A stretch of 31,305 nt of DNA from a virus (Duplodnaviria; Caudoviricetes), in IMG/VR virus record IMGVR_UViG_3300020042_000343, positions 1 to 31,305 of that record. One strand, written 5' to 3'. Shown in pieces: positions 25,050-31,305 of the stretch (its first letter is position 1; each line of letters opens with the position of its first letter). The notes beneath the pieces were generated by a model. It was not told the DNA's origin and did not search any database. It was given only the letters and a program-made list of their open reading frames with translations. Made by a program: the position numbers and the translations under genes.

Positions 25050-27323
25050 TTATCCTTTCGCTTCAAGAGCGGCGACTTTGGCCTCAAGTTCTTTGATTGC
25101 TGCAAGCAACAATGGTACAAGACGTTCGTACCGAACAGTTAAGTATTTATCATCAATTGGTGCGGGAGCTACAGTCTCAGGCATAACAACTTGAACCTGC
25201 TGCGCAGATATGCCAACTTCACGAATCGCTTCATACCCTAAAGACTGCGCTAGTTCATTGGCTTCATAGTAGAAGGTGTCCAATGTTTTTACCTTTGCCA
25301 GCGCGTCTTCAATGTTGCCTAGACGAGTTTTTAAACGGTCATCAGAGTAATACGCAGTGATGTTGTTGGTTGCACGAATCTCGCCACCAGTACCAGAAGC
25401 CCCCGTACCAACACCTAACGAATTCATTTGGTAGTTGTTGCCAGTTGCCAAAGCATTGGCTGTTGTAGCTGTTGTAGCGGTAGTTGCGCTTGTTGCTGTT
25501 GAAGCATTACCTGACAGCGTGGCAGTAATCGTACCGGCAGAGAAGTTACCTGACGCATCACGGGCGACAATTGCTGAAGCTGTATTTGCGTTTGTTGCGT
25601 TTGAGGTGACAGTGAAAGTTGAGTTACCTGATTGGTTGGCTGTAAATGTAGCGGAACCAGACAAGCCTGTACCTGACACCGCCAGAGTCAGTGTACCGTT
25701 GTTAGCCGCTGCAGTAGCTGCAACCCATGAAGGCGCTGCTGCACCGTTAGACTGAAGAACTTGCCCCGAACTACCCGCAGCCAACATAGCAGTAGTACCA
25801 GCCGCTGACTGATAAGGAACCGTACCTGCTGAACCGCCAGCCAAGTTGGTAGCCGTTGTTGCTGTAGTGGCGTTACCTGTGGTATTTTGGTTTAGGGTTG
25901 GTACATCTGCCACTTGGATGGTTGACATCACTACATTTGAGCCGTTGCCACGCAGGTATGAACCGCTTGTAGTAGCTCCAGCAAGAGCATCCATAGCAGC
26001 TTGGCGAGTAGTTTCACCTGTACCACCATTGGCAAAAGCCACCGTGCCTGACACGTTTGTGGCGTTACCAGACAAAGTTGCTGTGATTGTGCCTGCGGAG
26101 AAGTCACCAGAAGCATCACGGGCTACAACCTTAGAGGCTGTATTAGCTGACGTAGCATCTACTGTGGCTGTAACTGCTGTTCCACCGTTGTAGCTTGTAC
26201 CGGTCAGGTATGTACCCAACGTCAGCGCATTTGCCACTGAACCAGCTTGACCGGAGATAGCGCCAGATACCGCAGAGCCGTTAATGGCAATAGCTGTATT
26301 AGTTACAGAAGTTACTTGCCCGCTGGCGTTAGTTACAAACACAGGAACTTGAGAAGCTGATCCGTATGTGCCAGCCGTTCCTGTAGGCGTAATACTAAAT
26401 TGCGTACCGGTCAGTGTTAACCCTGTACCCGCAGAATAAATCTGTGCGGAGCTAATTTGAGCAAATGTAATGGCTGTTGTGCCAAACGTAATCACGCCAG
26501 ATGTATTGCAAGTATAAGTCTCGCCTGCGCCTGTTGCGCCTAACTGAACAAAAACTGTGGAGCCTTCGCTCAAACCATTTGCGCTGTTAATCACATAGGT
26601 GTTTGCATCGCTTGAGCGTGTTAATACCCAATTTGTAGAAACTGTACCCACAGTCGTGACAACATAAATGCCATTCTCGATTGGGTTGGTTTGGGTATAG
26701 ACCAAGACGCGGTCGCCCGGGGACGTAAAAATACCGTCAATAATTAATTCAACTTGCGTTCCCGCATTAGTAAGCGTTGCGCCAACACCCGCAGTTCCAT
26801 TGTTGTAAGTCGCGTTTAGATTAGTAGGGCTTTCAACCATCACGGGCTGATGGAAATGAATACCGCTTGCCACAAGCGTATCAACGTAAGTTTTGTTAAC
26901 AATATCGGTGTTAGAGGCGGGGGCGGTAGTAATCGTACCGGTAGTCAACGCTGCGGAAGTTGCAGTAATTGCGCCAAAAGACTGTTGAACTACTTGCGTC
27001 CCTGCTTCGTTTTGATACGCAGACCGTGAAGATGGGTACGTACAGAAGACATCAACGCTGCCCGTAAAGTTAACCAACGCCCCGCCAGCAGACGAAGACA
27101 GAGGTGTGGCATTACGGCTCAGAGTTGTACCAGACGATGTGTACGTACCGTAGTTAACTTCCCATGCGCCCGTAGCGGCATCCACAATAGCAAAATACGT
27201 TGTATTTCCATCGCCAATTGCAGAAAATGCTTGAAAACCTGCGGTTGTAGTTAACAGCGTGATTGTGCCTGTACCGGGATTTGACGCGGTTTGTTTGACC
27301 CGATCTTTTAATACTAAAGCCAT
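25050..27323 (-). CDS. long tail fibre with C-terminal Peptidase_S74-type intramolecular chaperone
   Basis: Thr/Gly/Ala-rich fibre repeats. YYSDDRLK marks the autocleavage site (Ser codon 25344-25346), followed by GISAQQV and YERLVPLLLAAIKEL. Confidence 0.85.
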   Translation of the reverse strand: MALVLKDRVKQTASNPGTGTITLLTTTAGFQAFSAIGDGNTTYFAIVDAATGAWEVNYGTYTSSGTTLSRNATPLSSSAGGALVNFTGSVDVFCTYPSSRSAYQNEAGTQVVQQSFGAITATSAALTTGTITTAPASNTDIVNKTYVDTLVASGIHFHQPVMVESPTNLNATYNNGTAGVGATLTNAGTQVELIIDGIFTSPGDRVLVYTQTNPIENGIYVVTTVGTVSTNWVLTRSSDANTYVINSANGLSEGSTVFVQLGATGAGETYTCNTSGVITFGTTAITFAQISSAQIYSAGTGLTLTGTQFSITPTGTAGTYGSASQVPVFVTNASGQVTSVTNTAIAINGSAVSGAISGQAGSVANALTLGTYLTGTSYNGGTAVTATVDATSANTASKVVARDASGDFSAGTITATLSGNATNVSGTVAFANGGTGETTRQAAMDALAGATTSGSYLRGNGSNVVMSTIQVADVPTLNQNTTGNATTATTATNLAGGSAGTVPYQSAAGTTAMLAAGSSGQVLQSNGAAAPSWVAATAAANNGTLTLAVSGTGLSGSATFTANQSGNSTFTVTSNATNANTASAIVARDASGNFSAGTITATLSGNASTATSATTATTATTANALATGNNYQMNSLGVGTGASGTGGEIRATNNITAYYSDDRLKTRLGNIEDALAKVKTLDTFYYEANELAQSLGYEAIREVGISAQQVQVVMPETVAPAPIDDKYLTVRYERLVPLLLAAIKELEAKVAALEAKG

Positions 27324-27332
27324 GATAAATCC

Positions 27333-27995
27333 TTAAGTCGGTATGTCTGTCCAGTCGGGTGCTGGGGGTGGTTGTTCAGTAGGAATAGTACCCCACACAA
27401 GTGTTTGGCCTATAGATACAGTTAACTGTATACCAGTAGGGTACACGTTCGCGTCTTTTACTTTGCCGTACGCATCAAGTCCAGAAGCCAACTCTTGTAT
27501 GCTACTAACAAACTTAACAGTAACACTTTGCGTATTTGAGCCGACGGCGGATTCAGTAATATTGACAAAAAAACCACGGCTAGCATTAGACTCATCCGCT
27601 CCTGTAGCTGCCTCAGTAAGAGCTGCTAACAAGTTTGCAGTGGCCGAAGGCGCATCTGTTGCTGTAGCTAATTCTGATATTGAAGCCCGCATTGTGCCAA
27701 CGGCAGTTTGGGTATCTGTTCCCGTAGCTGACTCTGCTTGAGACGCTAGAAAATTAGATGGCGCGGCTGCTGTTGTGTCTGTAGCTGTAGCCGTTTCAGC
27801 CCTAGCCGCAGTCATGATGTTGTTTAAACTAACAACAGTTGCCGTAGCTGCAAGAAACTCTTGTATAAGTGCGCCTGCGCGAGTTTCTTGAGCAACAGAA
27901 TCAGCAGCCGTAGCTGCCTCACTTACAGACGACAACACTGTAGCCCCGCCTAGAGCGGCGAAGGGTGCTTGGGCAAATGCGACATCTCCAAACAC
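27333..27995 (-). CDS. virion protein with ~19-21-aa ExATxxD repeats
   Basis: GTG start with MFGxxxFAxxPFA N-terminus, about 8 periodic repeats and a W...W C-terminus. Confidence 0.6.
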   Translation of the reverse strand: MFGDVAFAQAPFAALGGATVLSSVSEAATAADSVAQETRAGALIQEFLAATATVVSLNNIMTAARAETATATDTTAAAPSNFLASQAESATGTDTQTAVGTMRASISELATATDAPSATANLLAALTEAATGADESNASRGFFVNITESAVGSNTQSVTVKFVSSIQELASGLDAYGKVKDANVYPTGIQLTVSIGQTLVWGTIPTEQPPPAPDWTDIPT

Positions 27996-28006
27996 CGCAA
28001 TACCTA

Positions 28007-28597
28007 TTAGGCTGCGTCAAGAGAGAACGTATAAGTAACGTTCAATGTATCGCCAGAGTCAACAGTTTTGTCGCCACCAGTAAAGTCACCAGCAGAGAAC
28101 AAAATACCTGATGTGCCTGTAGCTGCGGTTGTTAAAAACGCGCCAGCCACCACAGTACCGTTAACCAACATAGGGAATGCGGATGGGGCAACAGAGTTGC
28201 ATACTACTGAAGGATCGGCTAATGTAGGAGAAGCGGCGTTAAACACAACGGCAATACGATTGCCTGTGTAGGCTGTACCGGGAACTAATTCTGTCCAACC
28301 TGCATGTGAAGCCAGAGTGTCTGCAGCGGCGTATGTAGTACCTGAACCCGGGCCTTGCACCAAACCTAAGTACCAACCGGCTGTGTAACCAGAACCTTTA
28401 AAGTACTTGCTGTTCATGTCTTGTAGACCTTCGTTCACAACCAAGTTGTGAAAGGTATCAGACCACTTCTCCACGCCATCAGCGCCTATGCAAGTAACCG
28501 TGTAAACGCCACCAGCGCCCACGCGCTCTGTGGAACCTTTGTTTGCAGTCAAGCTTGCTGACACGCTGTCTTGGGCTTTTGAAATTTCTGTACTCAT
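28007..28597 (-). CDS. virion structural protein
   Basis: AAGGA RBS, NLVVNEG, and C-terminal GDTLNVTYTF. It lies in the structural operon. Confidence 0.65.
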   Translation of the reverse strand: MSTEISKAQDSVSASLTANKGSTERVGAGGVYTVTCIGADGVEKWSDTFHNLVVNEGLQDMNSKYFKGSGYTAGWYLGLVQGPGSGTTYAAADTLASHAGWTELVPGTAYTGNRIAVVFNAASPTLADPSVVCNSVAPSAFPMLVNGTVVAGAFLTTAATGTSGILFSAGDFTGGDKTVDSGDTLNVTYTFSLDAA

Positions 28598-28606
28598 GAT
28601 AAGTCC

Positions 28607-29059
28607 TTAAGAAATGCGCACGATGGCGCTGTTCGCATCGGCAGTTGGGAAAATGATTTGGAAGGTGTCATCCGTGACTGTTTTTGAAGTATTAAACAGC
28701 AACACTGCCACAGATTTGTTTCCCTCAGTGCTATTGTAGATGAGAGCCCCCGCTGCCGTAAAGGTGGCATTTGTCCAACTTACGTTGTTAAATGAAATAA
28801 ATGCAGTAGGAACTGCATTTGAATTTGTTCCTGTTGTGGGGGAAGGATTAATTGTCAGTGTAATACCGCCTGCTGTGTACCCCGTACCAGAGCTAGATAC
28901 TTCATTCGTTGCAGAATAGCCCGTTGTGGCCGACCCAAGCGTTGCAGAAGAGGTATACAACGCAATCTTAAAAGTATCAGGCGAAGTTGGACCAAAGTTG
29001 TGTATTTGCTGCAACAACTCAAGCTTAAAACTGGTGGTCGCTGTTTGAAAAATAGCCAT
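28607..29059 (-). CDS. virion structural protein (paralog of 29061-29477)
   Basis: The probable start is MAIFQ at 29059, not 29128. Shared pattern SFK.ELL...HNF...FKIALYTSSA.LG..TT.Y...EV...GTGYTAGG. Confidence 0.7.
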   Translation of the reverse strand: MAIFQTATTSFKLELLQQIHNFGPTSPDTFKIALYTSSATLGSATTGYSATNEVSSSGTGYTAGGITLTINPSPTTGTNSNAVPTAFISFNNVSWTNATFTAAGALIYNSTEGNKSVAVLLFNTSKTVTDDTFQIIFPTADANSAIVRIS

Positions 29060-29060
29060 T

Positions 29061-29477
29061 TTAGGTAATCCGAATAAGCGCTGTTTCAGGGTCGTCCGTG
29101 GGCAGTTGAATCGTAAAAGATTGCCCATTCATGGTCTGATCAATACCAAAGTTCAATACGCCCACCGATTTATTGGCCTTGGTGGAGTTATAAATCAATG
29201 CACCACGTGTAGCAAAAGTAGACCCCGGCCAAACAGGATTGTCAAAACTGACATAGCCTATGCCCATGCCCAAATTCACGGTAACATTTAAAAGAATTTG
29301 ACCCGGCGCGGTGTACCCTGTTCCCGATACTTCCCCCACAGTGGTGTAAACCGTTGTTGTAGGGCCAAGCACTGCTGAAGAAGTGTAGAGCGCAATCTTG
29401 AGAACATCCGTATCAAAATCATGCACTCCAAGAAGCAATTGCTCCTTGAAACTGTCTGTAAGTCCTGCTGTAATCAT
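29061..29477 (-). CDS. virion structural protein (paralog of 28607-29059)
   Basis: SFKEQLL..HDF...KIALYTSSA.LG.TTT.Y...EVSGTGYTA...GALIYNST. Confidence 0.7.
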   Translation of the reverse strand: MITAGLTDSFKEQLLLGVHDFDTDVLKIALYTSSAVLGPTTTVYTTVGEVSGTGYTAPGQILLNVTVNLGMGIGYVSFDNPVWPGSTFATRGALIYNSTKANKSVGVLNFGIDQTMNGQSFTIQLPTDDPETALIRIT

Positions 29478-29480
29478 GCG

Positions 29481-30323
29481 TTATCTCACAGGTAGTTTGA
29501 CTTGACCATCGCGATAAGCATCGCCACGCTGCTTGCCATCGCCCAAATTCTTCAACAGGCCCAGCGCTTCTTGGTATTTGCCGTTATATAGCGCCAGCAT
29601 GTCCTGCTCACCTTTCATGTAGGTGTACGCCTCTACCAAGCAGCCATAGAGCAGTGCCGTGTCAAAATTATCGCCTAGCCATGATGTTCCTTGGTCCACA
29701 ATGGATGGAGGATAGTAGTAATAGTGCAATTCTGCAGAGTAACTGGCGTCAGGCGTAGGACCTACCATAAACGACAACTCGTTCACATCGTTTGAACGAG
29801 GACCAAAGATGGAATAGTATTTAGGACGTGCTGTGTATTGCGCGTAAGGATAAACTTCACGAATAAAGTTCACATCCTTGTTCAACAGATACGTGTATTC
29901 GCCTTGGAAGATAACAGGGCCATTGACTGTTCCCGTGTTTACTCCAGACAACGTAATTGTTGTGCCAACAATTGTTACTACAGTCGCACCTGTTGCAGTA
30001 TTTGTGCCACTTACGTATTGGCCTACCTCAATACCGGAAGCTGAAGCAACCACAATAGTACTTGCGCCCGTTACGCCTGTAGCAGTTGTGCTGTTGTAGG
30101 CAAAAATAGCCAAGGAATAAGCGGACAAAAAGTCATCTGGGCAAGACAGGTATTTATTGTTGGCCGTTAGGACACCCGTCACGTTTTTGCGCAAGTTGGC
30201 AATTTGAACGGTGTTGTAAATGCGCTGCTCCGCCTGCTTTGTAAAAGTAGCAAGATCAGTTGCACTGAAACTCGTGTTCTCAGTGTAGGCTTCAATAGCA
30301 GCAACAAGTTCCGTGTATGTCAT
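29481..30323 (-). CDS. head-tail adaptor / tail tubular A-like protein with inserted beta domain
   Basis: The probable start is MTYTEL at 30323 (ATGA overlap). Motifs AEQRIY, P.DFL, PKYY, VGPTPD..Y..ELHYY and LLYGCLVEA. Confidence 0.7.
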   Translation of the reverse strand: MTYTELVAAIEAYTENTSFSATDLATFTKQAEQRIYNTVQIANLRKNVTGVLTANNKYLSCPDDFLSAYSLAIFAYNSTTATGVTGASTIVVASASGIEVGQYVSGTNTATGATVVTIVGTTITLSGVNTGTVNGPVIFQGEYTYLLNKDVNFIREVYPYAQYTARPKYYSIFGPRSNDVNELSFMVGPTPDASYSAELHYYYYPPSIVDQGTSWLGDNFDTALLYGCLVEAYTYMKGEQDMLALYNGKYQEALGLLKNLGDGKQRGDAYRDGQVKLPVR

Positions 30324-30649
30324 GAGATGCTCGTCGTAACTGGGGATAGCACTGCAGCCGCCCACAAGGGCTTTGCATACGGCATCGGCATCATTCCGAT
30401 ACTAGCAAACGAAGTATCAGCCGTGAACCCGACGTAGACGGTAACCCCAAGTCTACTCTCTGGGCGAGGCTGATGCAAGGCCTGTGGCTCATTTATCGTG
30501 CGTTTAGGCTCCAACTGTGGGTGCTTGGGCTCATAGCACTCAGGACAGACTTTAAAGCCTGTCCATTCCTTGATAAGCGTATTGAGTTTGTACCGTTGGC
30601 CACACCTGTCGCACAGCGCAATTGCAAATTTGCCTGATACATAGGCCAT
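30320..30649 (-). CDS. small zinc-ribbon protein
   Basis: CDRCG...VCPECYEPKHPQ gives two CxxC motifs. Confidence 0.7.
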   Translation of the reverse strand: MAYVSGKFAIALCDRCGQRYKLNTLIKEWTGFKVCPECYEPKHPQLEPKRTINEPQALHQPRPESRLGVTVYVGFTADTSFASIGMMPMPYAKPLWAAAVLSPVTTSIS

Positions 30650-30652
30650 GGT

Positions 30653-31303
30653 TTACCTCTGCGTGTACGTAGGTACCACAAAGAAGCCTGAACGCTCACG
30701 GTCCTCGGAAGCTGCACGTGCAAACTCTTCTTCGTACATTTGCTTGAGCAGCATGACGCGATCCGGCGCTTTCTTGACCGACAAATAGTACGCCAAAGCG
30801 GCTACCAAGCAAGGCAAGAAACGGAAAGAGATGTCAGCAGTATTAGTAAAACCGCCCGCATTGTCCATGCGGCGAATAGCATAGTAAACAAAGGTCCAAG
30901 TCTGCGTCGCATCAGGAGATGGGTACAGAAACACCTTAGCCGGCACTGTGCGCTGAATGTAGTACTGCGCAGGGCGGGACTGGGTCAACTTGTTAGGCAC
31001 ATGGAGCCACTCTGCGCGGCCTATACGGTCGATTGTGATGTCCTGCTGGGTAGACTGGCCTGCATTGGTCCGAATCACGGCTGAGAGGCCGTCAATCGTG
31101 TCTGCGGGTAGGTCATACTCATACACCCCGGGCGTCAGCACCTGCTGGCGCTGCTCAATCGTCCACAGGTTAAGACCACGGTTGGCCCACTCTGCAAAAA
31201 TCAAGTTGACGGAGCGAAGCGCCGTCTTCATGTCGTAACCGTCGCGCACCTCAATACCGCAGCGCTCATACGCCTCAGCTATGAGGTCGTCAAACTGCAG
31301 ATC
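30653..31303 (-). CDS. head-tail adaptor-like protein (5'-truncated)
   Basis: The frame is open to the window edge (DLQFDDLIAEAYERCG...). Motifs EWANRGLNLWT, SRPAQYY, LYPSPD and LAYYLS. Confidence 0.7.
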   Translation of the reverse strand, partial: DLQFDDLIAEAYERCGIEVRDGYDMKTALRSVNLIFAEWANRGLNLWTIEQRQQVLTPGVYEYDLPADTIDGLSAVIRTNAGQSTQQDITIDRIGRAEWLHVPNKLTQSRPAQYYIQRTVPAKVFLYPSPDATQTWTFVYYAIRRMDNAGGFTNTADISFRFLPCLVAALAYYLSVKKAPDRVMLLKQMYEEEFARAASEDRERSGFFVVPTYTQR

Positions 31304-31305
31304 AA

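Noticed and set aside
22879-27323. Diversity-generating retroelement or invertible fibre cassette
   Set aside because: No reverse transcriptase or invertase gene, and no template/variable repeat pair differing at adenines, was seen.
29060-30365. ORF-track starts at 29128 and 30365 (also 21488 and 31249)
   Set aside because: The first three overlap upstream genes, and coupled starts at 29059, 30323 and 21467 fit better. The 31249 ORF actually continues past the window edge.
4401-31238. Numerous short + strand ORFs opposite the structural operon
   Set aside because: They are antisense shadows of long genes, with no coherent protein features.
1-31305. CRISPR array, tRNA, integrase or stop-codon recoding
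   Set aside because: No spaced identical repeats, cloverleaf or recombinase motifs were noticed. Genes tile the window in the standard code using all three stop codons.

Overview
This is a 31.3-kb fragment of a tailed dsDNA bacteriophage (Caudoviricetes, podovirus-like gene order), read in the standard genetic code. The + strand (1-4151) carries the end of a replication module: a Cys-rich SSB-like protein truncated at the window edge, a small HTH protein, a structured intergenic element plus terminator-like hairpin, a 948-aa AEP primase/DUF927-type helicase fusion and a small ORF. The - strand (31305 to 4148) is one tightly packed late operon. In transcription order it encodes head-tail adaptor-like proteins, small virion proteins, tail fibres (one with a Peptidase_S74-type chaperone), a cupin + 2OG-Fe(II) oxygenase cassette, a lysis cassette, a P22 gp10-like tail hub and three large putative ejection (internal virion) proteins of 639, 1146 and 2324 aa. 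The most notable feature is that small enzyme genes are coupled to the ejection genes. A DDxxD isoprenoid-synthase-like protein overlaps the 1146-aa gene, whose product starts with a 20-residue leader followed by poly-Gly, and a cupin directly precedes the 639-aa gene. Both ejection proteins share a repeated YxxGG motif. This suggests a phage-encoded system for processing and modifying (possibly prenylating) virion proteins. All functional calls come from motif recognition and synteny; no database searches were run.
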